Positions 24,719 through 37,156 of a stretch of DNA of 64,000 nt are shown piece after piece (position 1 is the first letter of the stretch; the number at the start of each line of letters is the position of its first letter). The translations under genes and the position numbers were made by a program. The notes under the pieces are model-generated. The model was not told the DNA's origin and ran no database searches. It was given only the letters and a program-made list of their open reading frames with translations. The DNA lies in contig JAAOMT010000521.1 in NCBI GenBank assembly GCA_016748015.1, positions 306,631 through 370,630 of the forward strand. Reading direction: 5' to 3'. This stretch comes from Geosiphon pyriformis uo1. Lineage: Eukaryota; Fungi; Glomeromycota.

Positions 24719-27700
24719 ATATCAATTAAAGATATCTTTATTTTGAGAATAGTGCATTTATTTATACTTGATTTTTACTGATTATTTGGATCAATATTAC
24801 TATAACAAACAACCAATCAGGTCGTTTGTGATATTTCTTAAGTTGTATATCATAAACAAGACAATCATTAAAGATTGTTCCAGATTGATTTTATAAAATA
24901 TAAAAATTATTGTTCAAAACTTTGTTGACTATAAAAGATTCTTTCCACTGGCTAAAAAATTTATTACCATAGACATTGTCTCTATCTGAATGGTATTCCA
25001 ATACTAAGTCTCTAATACTAAGTTATTAACACTTAAGAAAAGTGTTTTATAAGTTTTTTTTTTCTTAAACTTTTCTTGAAACTGTTTTATTTTTTCAAAG
25101 ACAATTATTTGTGTTTTTACCAAGAAGTTAAGAATAGTATCAAGTTTTTTTTGTAAAATGTCTTTGTAATTTCCTATTGTGATTTCTTTAAAGAGTATTG
25201 TTTTAATATTAGTTTCTATTGGTAATATTGCCATGTATTTGTAAAGTAGACAAAAAGATTCATAATTTGTTATGTCATGATTTATAGTTCTATAAGCAAA
25301 CAAAGCTAAAGGCAGTATTTTGTTCTATAAGTTTGTTTCTTCACTAATTTTGGTTAAAGTTTTACATAGTGTTTTATTAAAACATTCTACTAAGCTATTT
25401 GTTTAAGAGTAGTAAAGGGAAAAAAGTTTATGATGTATTCCTATTTTTCTACAAAGTTTTTCAGCTAGTGTATTAAAAAAAGCTCTTTTTTTATCAGATA
25501 AAAGTTCTTTGAGGCAATCATGATAGTAAATAATATCTTTATAAATAAAGTTGGCTATTGAGATTGCTATTTGGTCTGAAGTGGCTCTTACTTCTACCCA
25601 TTTTGTAAGATAGTCAATAGCTGTAATAATGTATCTATTGCTATCAGAAGTTATTGTTAAGAGTCCAACAATATCTATACCAATTCTGTTAAATGATTGG
25701 CCAACAGAGATTGGATAAATATCTTTTTTTTGGTTGGATTTACTTTTTTTTTGGCAAGTGTTACAGGTTTTGATATACTTAACAATGTTTTTTCCTAAGA
25801 TAGACCAATAATAGTAAGCTAAAGTTTTCTAAATTGTTTTTGTTTTTCCTAAGTGTTTAGTTAATGGATTAGTGTATATGTTGTAGATCACAATTTTTTT
25901 TTTAAATCTAATAACTCTTTGGAGGCAGTCAGAATCTTTTTTATTTCTTTTATATAGTTGGTTCTGGCAAATTAAATAGAAATTTAATTGTTTGTACAAA
26001 TGTTTTTTTTGCTGTCAAGTGTATTCTAATGGATATTGTTCTTTATCCAAAAATTTTATTAAGACAGAGTAGTTGTCCAAGTTCATTATTGGGTTTGTTT
26101 GTAAGAGAGTTACTAATAATTAAGTTGGTTTGATTGAGAGGTTGTATTATTACTGAATAGTAAATCTAAAAAAAACATCAGCATTTTGATAATTTGCTCT
26201 TTTATAGTGTTAAATATTATAGTCAAATTCATTTAGATAGAGTATCTAGCAAGTTATTTGTTTGTGTTTTAGTTTTTTTTTATTGTGCAGCCAAACCAAG
26301 GCTTGATAATCTGTTACTACTAGGAATTTCACACTAAGAAGATATTGGTTCCAGTAACTAGTAGCCCAAACTACTATTAAGCATTTTTGTTCAGTAACTG
26401 AATAGTTTTTTTCTGCTGATATAAAGGTTCTACTGGCATATACTATAGCATATTTTCTGCTATTTTTATTTTTTTGTGAGAAAACAGCACCAAGTCTATA
26501 GCCAGATGTATTAGTATACAGAATAAAAAGTTGGTTCAAATTAAGTTGTTTAAGAATTGATTTAGTAACAAGTTTTTCTTTTAAAGTTTTAAAAGCTTTT
26601 TATTAATAAGTGTTCCAATAATAATTGAGATTTTTCCTGAGTAGCTGATTAAAAAAAAAGGCAATTTTGGAAAAATTCTTGATAAATTTACAATAGTAAG
26701 AAGCCAAATTAAGAAAAAAGCATTGTTTAAGAATATTTATTAGTTGTCTAATGTTCTGAACTTTTTCAACTTTAGCTAAATTAGGGAGAATTTTATCTTT
26801 TATAATAAAATAACTAAAGAACTGGATAGATTATCATCCAAAAAAAGATTTGATTAGGTTTATTTTGAGGCCAGCATTTTTAAGGAGATTAAAAATCTTT
26901 TCCAAGTGTTTAAAATGTTCATCCCAGGTTTTTAAGCATATTATTATGTTATTCAAGTAAATCAGAACAAAGTTTTTTTTTACTGATTCAAATACTTTGT
27001 CCATTAAGTATTAAAAGATGAAAGGGACATTAATAAGACCAAAAGACATAACTGTAAATTCATAGGTGCCATACTTGGTAATAAAGACAGTTTTTTTTCT
27101 GCTTTTTGGATCCATCTCTACTTGTTAGAATTCAACAATTAAGTTAATGATTGAGAAAAAAGCAGCACCATTGAATTTGTCTAGTATTGTATTAATTTTG
27201 AGAAGTAAGTACATATCTCATATAGTGATGACATTTAATTTGTGGTAATCAACACAGAAGTATAAAGTTCTCATTTTTTTTGAATACCACTACAACTAAA
27301 AAAATTCATTCACTCTTGGTTTTTTGTATAAATCCAAGATTTTTTATTTGGTTTATTTTTTTTTAATGAATTCATTATTGTCTTAATTGAATTAATAAGA
27401 CTTCAAATAGATAGGACAAGTTTCTTTGGTGGTAATAGTATGTTGTATCACATGGGTTTGTCTAGAGGTATTATTTTCTTTTGAGATAACTGGGCTATTT
27501 TTAACCAACAGGTTTTTAATATCTATTTTTTTTTTTTAGAAAAGAGTTTTTTTTGTTCTATTACAAATAATTAAATCTCAGGTGGTTCATTTTTAAAGAA
27601 CTTTTGTACTTTTTTTAGTTCTTTTCTTGGTATTAGACTAATGAATTCCCAATCTTTGTAATAAATTAGGCAGGATTTGCATTCATTATTAGAAGAATAC

Positions 27701-28829
27701 AAAGATTTATTACACTAGTACTAGGCATAAGAGTCATGTAACCAATAACTGTATTTTGCTTTCTTGCCAGGTTTTCTATCAAAGATTCTTTTGAGGATAT
27801 TATAGTAAGGCCAATAAATCAGCTTGTCATTTACAATAATTTTTTTTTGTTAGTTTTAACATTTTTTAATGACTTGCCATTGCTAGTAAATATGATATAG
27901 ACAAGTTTAACAGTTTTTTCTTGTTTTTCTTAATCTTCTTTTTTATCACTCTTTTTATTATCTAATTTATTTAATTACTCATCTTTTTGATTTTGCTTGA
28001 ATACTGAAAAAATTGTCCAATGATGGTACTTAATTACAATAGGCTTCTTACTATATCTGATGGTTAGCTTACAAAGTTTATAGTCAAGTAATGCTTTGGC
28101 TTTTTTGAGCCACTTATTGTCAACAATTATAATATATTCTTTTGCTTTAAATACCTTCATGTTAGTTTTAATGCTGATACTATTAATGTAAACAGGAACA
28201 GCTTTGGCAATACCAAGTCCTTTCTTTTTGTTATTGTGTACATTGATCATAAATCTGGTTAAAGGTTTATTAATCTTTTTACCAATGGCTTCTAAGAAAT
28301 GTTTAGCAATAATACTGGCAGATAATCTACTGTTTAGGATCAAATCAATAAAGTAACCAGCCACTTGGGTTTTGTAAATAAGAGAAGTAATATTGCTGTT
28401 GTCAGCAAGTTTAGCTTAATGAAAACACTTGTTGGTCTTTGGTGTCTTTTTTTTTGAGATTAGAAATTTGTAAAAGTTTTTTCTGAATTATGAATGGTTC
28501 ATTAATTGGCCAAAGGTAATATGAGCTAAAGTTTTTATAAAATCTTTAACAATGGAATAGGAACCAGATTTTTGTATTATTTCTGGGAATTCTAACTTTA
28601 GAAGATTCTTAAAAACTTTAGTCTTTGGTGACTTATTGTTATTAGCAATTAATATAGATGTTTTGTTTGGGTCCAAAACAAAGTTAATCTTGGCTTTTTT
28701 CTTTTTTTTTGTTGATTTAAAGATGTTAATTGCTAGTTTATTCATGTCATAATTATCATCAGTTAGATTAAAAGCATAAAAAAAGTTTTTTTTATTGGTT
28801 TGTACTCACACTCTTTGGAAGTGTGCCTA

Positions 28830-29453
28830 TGCTATTATGAAGTCTATTTCCAAACAATTGATTTTCCTATGTTGCTATTTTACAAGAGAATAAAAAAAAT
28901 AAAAAAATAAAAAAAATAAAATAAAAAATAAAAAATAAGTGTTTTGTCAATAGCCATGATCAAGAGCTATTGTGTCAGCAGATTAAGTAGTAAATAATAA
29001 CATGGATTTGAAAAATTAAAGAGATATTTTATTGATATAATTCTATTTTAGTTAATAGTAACTATTCTTGAAAGGAAGAGTATTTAATAATTATAACCTG
29101 TAAATTTAATTAATTCCTAAAAGTTTAATTTTTTTTTTGTCTTTCTAACTTTTACAACTACTTGTTTTTATACATTTTTTGTTTTATAGGATTGTTTTTT
29201 AATTGTTTTGTTCTTGCTAGCTATTGTTTTGCTATTTTTGTTATTACTTTGTTCTTTTATGTTATTACTAGTTATCTTATATTTTAACTAGTTATTTTAT
29301 GCTATAATATATTATTGAGTTTTGTATTATGTTATTCTAAGTTATTATGTATTATTCTGTGTTTTTTCATGTTATTCTGTGTTATTTTATGTTGTCATGT
29401 TTTTGGTCATATTTTTTTTATAACTTTGAATTGGTTTTTCTATTTGGATAATA
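28830..29453 (-). repeat. Truncated family D LTR fused to the gag 3' end of the family C element
   Basis: Reverse-complement match to 23731-24372; homology stops at ~28830. Confidence 0.8.
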
Positions 29454-31500
29454 TTACTATTGGCACAATTAATAAATATATAATTTATTTTTTTATATCT
29501 TATATATTTGGTTAGATTTAACTAAAACCAATACAAATTAGTGCTTTTTAACATAGATATAATTTTTATAATAATGTTCAATAAATTAACAGAATTAAAA
29601 CAAATTACAACACATTTGGTTTAAGTATACATAATTAGATAATAATTAATACATGATTTTTTATTTACTAATCCAATAAAATTTCAGATATTATAAGCAT
29701 TTGTTTCTATTAATAATATATAAAACAGTGTTTTATTATAGTTTTTTGCATCTTAAGTTTTCTTGTTTATATTAGTTTTAGTAATATATATAATATTTTT
29801 TCCTATTAAAATAGATTATTTAATTATAACCAAATTAGTATAATCTAATTGTACAAATTCTATTACAGTTTTCTATTACAACTTTACTAATTGTATTTGG
29901 ATTGACTTAATTTCTTTAAATTTGAATAGCACAATATGTACAGTCTTAATTAATGTTTTAATTAGTATTTTCTTGACTATTACAGTCTGATTTAAATGTT
30001 TAACCAATTTTTTGAGATTAGTATTTATTAAAATTTTTGTATCTTTTGCTTTTTCTGATGTTAGTACTATGCTATTACAGATAATTATTTAGAGTGTTAA
30101 AACAAATAACAAACTCATAACTTGGTGCTTAATAGCTTGTTAATGATAGTAATTTCTAAAGATTTTGGTTGAATTTTTTGTATAATAAACAAAAATTTAA
30201 TTGATAGTTTTTTTTTAATTTTTGTTTTTAGCATAATGGCTGGTTTATTTTGGCAATTGTGCCCTTTTAATAAGCTATTCTTAAGTTTTTTACTTTTGTT
30301 TTACAGTTTTTTTATCAGACTATTTTACTTAATATTTAAGCTTTTAATCAATTAATAAACAACAAACAAAACAAAACAAAACAAAACAAAATAAAATAAA
30401 AAATAATAAGAAAAAAAATAAAAAATTAATATCCTGTCAATAATTATAATTAAGAATTATTGGTCCAGTATAGTTAAGTATTGAGTTTTATTAATATAAA
30501 ATATTAATAGTATAAAAGTAATTAATATTTTTTAATTAAGTAATGACAATATAAATTGAATAGTAATAAATAATTTTATTGGTATAATTATGATTCTATT
30601 TCAAATTATAGAAAATTATCTTTTGAAAAAAAATATTGAATAATTACTTATTTTTAACTACTGTTCTTGCTATTATTCTAAATACTTTTTTGTTTCTAAT
30701 ACTTTTGCTATATATACATAATTTATGTTATATAAAATTTTTTAAAATCCTTTAATTTTTTTAAAAAAATTCTAAAATCCTGTAATTTCTTGAGAAAAAT
30801 TTTAAAATTCTTCTTTTTACTATATTTTTTTCTTATTGGGTATTTTTTATCTATTATGATTTCTATTTCTATAAATAATAATATTTAATTTGAAAATAAA
30901 CATTACTTTAATAATTTTAGCAAATTTTAAAAGAATAAACACTTTTTTAAAACTATTAATGCTTAAAAATAATTTTTTAATAATTTTAAATTTCTTTTAA
31001 ACTGAATTATATTCAAATTTAAATTCAGAGCAAATAATTTTTTAACTAAAACTTAAACTAAATCTTTTAAAAAAAAGTAATACAATCTTATTATTTGTGT
31101 TATTAATATTATTTTTATCAAAAAAATTAATTTTCTTTAAAGACTTGTTTACTATTAATTTGGTAATCAGTCTTATGTTTTTTGGAATTATGTTAATATT
31201 AATTTTAACAATATTATTTTTACTACTATAATCAACACTAATACTTTTAACCAAATAATTTTTTTTTATGTTAATACTTTTTGATTTAGTAGTATTACTT
31301 ATCTTTAACTTTTTATTATTATTATTTATGAATTTTTTTTACCAAATAGCAAAATTAGAACTATTAAAATTATTACTTAGAACACTATTTTTGCATTTTT
31401 TTTCTTAAAAACAAGCTCTTTCTACATGAATTGACATTAATATTTTTAATAATCTTCTTCATAACTGTAATATTATTATTACTAACAATTTTATTATCAA
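29454..31500 (-). mobile_element. Decayed non-LTR (LINE) ORF1-like remnant, interrupted by solo LTR 30073-30880
   Basis: Minus-strand translation ...KSIQIQLVKL**KTVIEFVQLDYTNLV...SILIGK...LFYILLIETNAYNI*NFIG...KCVVICFNS resembles RRM-like ORF1 of fungal LINEs (recognised by eye). Outer boundary approximate. Confidence 0.5.
30073..30880 (-). repeat. Solo LTR (family A type), heavily decayed
   Basis: U5 motif (rc of AGCACCAAGTTATGAGTTTG) at ~30110-30130, decayed termini, TSD ATGC (30069-30072) / ATAT (30881-30884). Confidence 0.72.
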
Positions 31501-32928
31501 ATATAAATGATTTAAAAATATTAAATTAAATAATAAAAACAAATAATAAATAAAAAAAAATGACAAAAGCAAAAAAACTTTTTTTCTAAAATATAGCTTT
31601 TTAAAAATTTGAGAAAAATAGAAAAAAAAGTTTTTTATATTAATAATAATATAAAAAAAGATAAAAAAACTTTTAATAATACTATAAATTAATAAGTTAT
31701 AATTTAATTAAAATAATTTTACCAAATTTAAAAAAAACTGATTTTATAACTAATCTAAAAAAATCTACTGGAATTTTTTTAATAATTATTTTTTAATTTG
31801 TATAACTATTTATTTTTTTTAAATTAATATTTACAAAAATTTTTTATTAATTATTAAAATTTTAATTTAATTCAAATTTAATTTAAAAGTAAATATTAAT
31901 CAAATTACATCATAAATTTTTAAAAAAATAAATGTATTTTTAAACTTATCTATTTGGTAAAAGAGTTTTTTAACAATTTAATTTAAATTTTTATTTGTAA
32001 TTGTTAACATATTAATATTTAATACAAAGAATTTTATTAATATAAAAACTTTTTTTTTAATTGGTAAAAAAATCTGAAATTTTATATTAATTAATATTGA
32101 TAAAAAAAAATTTAACACATTGTTATTATTTATATTATTAATTAAAAATAAGTGTAATAATTTTAACAAATTATAATTTATAGTATTATATTATCTATTT
32201 TTTTATAATTTTTAATTTATTTAAATTTACATAATAAGTTTTCTTTATAATCAAGTTTTCAAATTTTTGATATCTAAAATACTATTAATACTACTTATTT
32301 TGCTGTCTATTTTGTTTTTTTAAAATTAATATAAACTTAAATTAATAATATTTAAAATATTTAAGACCAAAAAATTAATAGATAAGTTAATTACAATAAT
32401 AATAATAATATTAAATTTCTTTGTTTTTTTATTAGTATTTTGTATATATATATAAGTAAAAACCATTTTTTTAACATAATTGGAATATTATATAATCTTA
32501 AAAATATTATATTAAATTTAAAATTTTTATTATAAGTAATAAATATTTTTTAATTGTTAAAACTTATAAATAAATTATTAAGTTTCTGGTAATTAATACA
32601 AAATTAAACTTTTTTATTTTTTTTGTAATAAAAACTATTAAAAATAATTATAAACTTAAAAATTCTTAAATTAAGTTATTGTTATTAAAATTTTTTTTAT
32701 CTTTAATTATAATTATTTTGTTAATAATAACTTCAATTTTATTGTTTTTATATTGCTATGAAAATTCAATTTAATTTTATTAATACATTATTGTTTATAA
32801 AATGTTCTTAAAAAAATATTACAAAATAATATTCAATTTTAAGTTGTTTAAGCAATTATTATTTAATTTCAGCTGTAAAAAGTTTTCAGATATAATAATT
32901 TAAGTCTTAAGAAATTGTTTAAAACCAG

Positions 32929-33668
32929 TGTTACCGGAGGTTTTTGGTCTCTTTTCTTGAATGTTGTTAATGTCTGTTTGTTGTGAATTCACGTTTTCTA
33001 GAAGTAGTTAAACCTCCAATAACTGAATTTATCTTCAAATTATCTCCTATAATTTGAACTGCTGGGCTTATAAGTGGAATGGCCAATTCCGTGCCAGTTG
33101 CTTTGTGTAGTTACGTTGTAGTAAACGTCAACTCTTTCCCAGGAATTGCTCGTCTGGAAGCTCACTAAAAATGTGTAGTTACTTTGCTGTGAAAGTCAAC
33201 TNNNNNNNNNNNNNNNNNNNNCGAATATTTTAATTTTTATTTGATTTTGTAAAAGGTGATTTGTTCCAATTAAGATATTTGAAGTAAGTTACTATGGTAA
33301 GATACTATGAGAAGATACATTTTCTTGAAGAGAGAAGCTCTTCTTTTATACAACTTGTTGTAGTACTAGTCTTTGAACTTGCACTTTTCTCTTTGCTACA
33401 ATTTGGGTGAACTAAAGATACATTTCGGCGAACTACAAGTTATTTCACTGAACTATTGATTATTTCGGCCAATTTTCATTAATTTCGGCGAATTTTGACT
33501 ATGTTAAATGGTTCAGGGTATTGTGTAATTTGATCATCTTAATTTCTATGGTACAAATCGGATTATTGATTGAGTAGTGATATTTGATAATTTGATTAAA
33601 TAATAAGTGGTAATCGAATTATGAGGGTAATTTCATGCTAATTAATAGCTAAAATTCTACTGGTAACA
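32929..33668 (-). repeat. Young solo LTR (family B) with assembly gap
   Basis: TGTTACCAG...CCGGTAACA, perfect TSD CCAG (32925-32928 / 33669-33672), CpGs retained. Confidence 0.92.
33202..33221. other. Assembly gap (20 N)
   Basis: N run; comparison with 13352-13572 suggests about 220 bp are missing. Confidence 0.95.
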
Positions 33669-35186
33669 CCAGCTTAAAACTGTTTGTTTAATAATTTCTT
33701 ACTTTTGTTTGGTTTTTAAAACACATCTTTTTTTGGTTTTATAAATTTAAAAAGTTTATAATAGTTTATTAAAATAAAAATTTTGTTTTTGCTTGTTTAT
33801 TATTTTTATAAAATAATACTTTTGAAATTATACATTACAATAAATAATTTTTGCCAAAAAATTAATATTTAATGATTTTTTCAAATTGAAATTATTATAA
33901 GTGGCTTTTTTTTTCTATATTTTATTCAATTATAAAATTAAAACAATTTTAAATGTTTACAAATTCAAACAAAAAAGGTAACAATATATCAAAAATAGTC
34001 TAAATTTCAAAGTGGACGAAAAAATAATAAAACTTGTTATAAAATTAAATAATTAAACCATTAGAGAGAATATTAAGGCCAGGATTAATAGAAATTGCAT
34101 GGATGAAGCTGTCTGCTTGGGTTTTGCGAACCTGTCTTTGCGTCTCATAGACCCAGGAAAATGTCCAATTTGTTGATTATTTCTCGAAGCGTTAAGTCCA
34201 TAGCACATGTTTATCCCTATTATAAAATATTGATGCACATAGGATACGAGACATAAAAAACGATTTTATTATCATGAAAAATTCTGAGCGCGAATCATGC
34301 AATGCTTTACGTGACTAGAAAGAGAGGGCGCATCTTGTTGTCACTGTCCATTACTCCTGATAATTTCGTCTCGTGCTGTCAGTCGCCTGATCAATAGCTT
34401 CATCAGTGAGCCAAACCTAAGCAACCTTGTAAGAGCATCCCAAGACGGACAACAGGTCTATACAACTTTCGTTCGTCCAGATAGCCGAAACATTATTAAA
34501 AGAAGACTTTTTGTTGAAACATTATAGGCTTCAGCCATTTCTATTCCACAACGCCATTTTGCTTTTTTAATTAATACAACGCCTTTTGTTCCACCCCAAT
34601 GTGCTATTAAAGGCAAATCTCAGAGGGTGGTTGGGGTACACCTTGACTAGCAACGTGAGGTTAAGAGTTTTTCGCCAGCATCACGCTTATTATGCGCTAT
34701 AATTGTGCTGATTTTCGTCTTGCACTTTTTGCTTCTGGCAGGTGAAGACAATGTTGGCAAGAATATCCTGGGAAAGTTCATGTCGGAACTTTCATTGCCA
34801 AAGAGAACCACGAGTTTTGCAGCTTTGAGAGAGATGTTTTGGAGGTTGAAGGCGAATGGCAGATAGGCAACCACAACTTCTGAAACCATTTGCGACTTGC
34901 TCGTTCCAATAGGGGCTGCATTTTGGGAAGTTAGTTCGGGTTTCTTTGGCAGAAGTCTTTAAACGTTCACTAACTCCATATGAATGAATTGATGAAACCA
35001 ATACCTTAGCGGCAATCTTTCCTTAATTAAGCCAACGACGTAAGGTGTTTTATTGATAAGCATTACTAAGCAACTGGTTAATATCTTTATTAATAGGCAT
35101 TTTGCTTTTTTGATATTTGGAAATATTTTTTCGAAAACCGTTTGAGAATTAATATTTAAAGTTATAACATATATAAATTAAACATC

Positions 35187-36946
35187 ATGTCTACATTAAA
35201 TTCAATCTTTGTTCATAAGTCAACTTCAGTTGCAATCATCATTCCTTCTATTCAAAAATCGTTATTACCCCCAATATCCCTTACGTATACATCCCTCTTA
35301 ACTCACATACAATCATTCAAATCCCAACTCATATCGTTAACTTCAATCGCCGCACATGACCCAGTCTCCATAATACTTCCAAATTCGATCGAATTTACAA
35401 TCGTATTTCTGGCCACTACACTTTTACGAAATGTCGCAGCACCATTAAATCCAAACTATACTGAAGAAGAATTTCGATTTTACCTTGAGGATTCACAATC
35501 AAAAGTTGTGATTCTACCAAAGGGATGGAGTGAAGAGAATCGAGCAGCTGTTAAAGCAGCTCGTCGATTTGATGTTATAGTTTTGGAAGTTCAGTGGGAT
35601 TTTGGGAATGAAGAGATGCTGGTGGAATTGAAGCAAAAGGCTAAAAGAAAAGGAAATCAAGTGACGGATGTTAGTGCAGAAATTGGTAAACGAATATCGG
35701 ATAAAGAAGATACCGCTTTGTTGTTGCATACTTCTGGTACAACTGGGCGTCCGAAAGGTGATTGAAATCATAGAACTTGTGATTTTTATTAGGGTTAAAG
35801 TGATATTTATTTAATTCTTCCTCATTGGAATTTTAGGTGTTCCATTGACGCATAAAAATCTCACGACTACCATGAAAAATATTGTGAACACTTACAAGCT
35901 CACCTCACATGATCGAACGCTATTAGTGATGCCATTGTTTCACGTGCACGGGCTAATGTGTGGATTATTAGCTAGTTTGTTGGCAGGTGGTATGATAGTT
36001 ATTCCATCAAAATTTTCAGCTTCTACTTTTTGGAAAGATTTTATAGATTACGGTTGCAGTTGGTATACTGCTGGTGAGTATAGTTTTTTATTTGATCAAT
36101 ATTAAGAATCTTAATTTCAGTTATATTGATTATTCGACAACATTTAATTCCCTAGTCCCAACGATTCATCAAATTCTTCTTCAACACCCTCTCCCTCAAA
36201 CTGGTGTTCCAAAAATTCGATTCATTCGCTCATGTTCCTCTTCATTGGCTCCAGTCACCCTTCACCAATTAGAAGAAAAATTTAAAGCCCCAGTTTTAGA
36301 AGCTTATGCGATGACCGAAGCAGCCCATCAAATGACTTCAAATCCTCTTCCTCCTCTACCTCATAAACCCGGTTCGGTGGGAATCGGTCAAGGTGTTCAA
36401 GTTACCATTCTGGATCAACATGGAAACTCAGCCGAAGAAGGTGAAGTATGTATCAAAGGTCCAAACGTCACTCGTGGATACATCAATAACCCCACGGCCA
36501 ACAAATCATCCTTTACAAAAGACGGTTGGTTTCGTACAGGAGATCAAGGAAAATTTGATGCAGACGGATATTTATTTCTCACTGGTCGTATTAAAGAATT
36601 AATCAATCGTGGTGGGGAAAAGATTTCGCCATTAGAAATTGATGGGGTATTATTATCACATCCTAGTCTCTCGGAAGCTGTTTCATTCGCGGTACCTGAT
36701 GAAATGTATGGACAAGAAGTTCATGCTGCTGTTGTATTGAAGCACGGTCGATCTATCACCGAAAACGAGTTAAAAAAATTTTGTGAGACTAAATTGACAA
36801 AATTCAAAATACCCAAACGTATTTATTTTACTGAAATTATGCCGAAAACTGCTACAGGGAAGATTCAACGAAAGAACGTTAGTGAGAAATTTTTCGGAGG
36901 GGGTAGTAAAAGTTCAAAAGAAGGTTACATTAAACCTAAGCTTTAA
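35187..36946 (+). CDS. PCS60: Peroxisomal oxalate--CoA ligase (AMP-dependent acyl-CoA synthetase, PCS60/AAE3 type); 3 exons 35187-35757, 35837-36073, 36156-36946
   Basis: LHTSGTTGRPKG|VPLTHKN, MPLFHVHGL, WYTA|VPTIHQ, RFIRSCSS, EAYAMTEAAHQM, WFRTGDQG, RGGEKISP, PKTATGKIQR; C-terminal PKL (PTS1 variant); GT-AG introns in phase. Confidence 0.9.
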
Positions 36947-37156
36947 TCAGAATAATTATTAGCATTGTGGCGTAGTTTAGTTTTTTGAGAAATTGTTTAA
37001 CGCGCAAATATTTAATATTAAATCCTCTATTGTATTGACTCTTAACCTAATTTAGATGTTCAATCCCATAGCGAATTAAGGTTGCATATATAATGTAGAT
37101 TGTTTATCATCAAAATTTTTAACTGGTAAAGCGTTCCTTCCGACTAGTACGATAAA

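Larger units (their letters stand above)
22428..28830 (-). mobile_element. Gypsy family C element (no dUTPase): gag 3' end-PR-RT-RH-IN-ORF3-3'LTR, interrupted by a plus-strand solo LTR
   Basis: PR ORF 27975-28364 (LILNSRLSASII), RT ~27300-26600, RH ORF 26246-26539 (YTNTSGYRLGAV, AEKNYSVTEQKCL), IN ~25700-24800 (IGIDIVGLL; ORF 25004-25303), ORF3 remnant 23326-23541. Confidence 0.85.

Noticed and set aside
23731-29453. ~640-bp inverted repeats flanking a pol region (DIRS-like or TIR element?)
   Set aside because: The left copy is a complete solo LTR with its own TSD (ATGT/ATAT), the right copy is a truncated LTR, and the internal region encodes a DDE integrase rather than a tyrosine recombinase.
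35789-35797. TTAGGGTTA telomere/template-like motif
   Set aside because: Single occurrence within a PCS60 intron; expected by chance.
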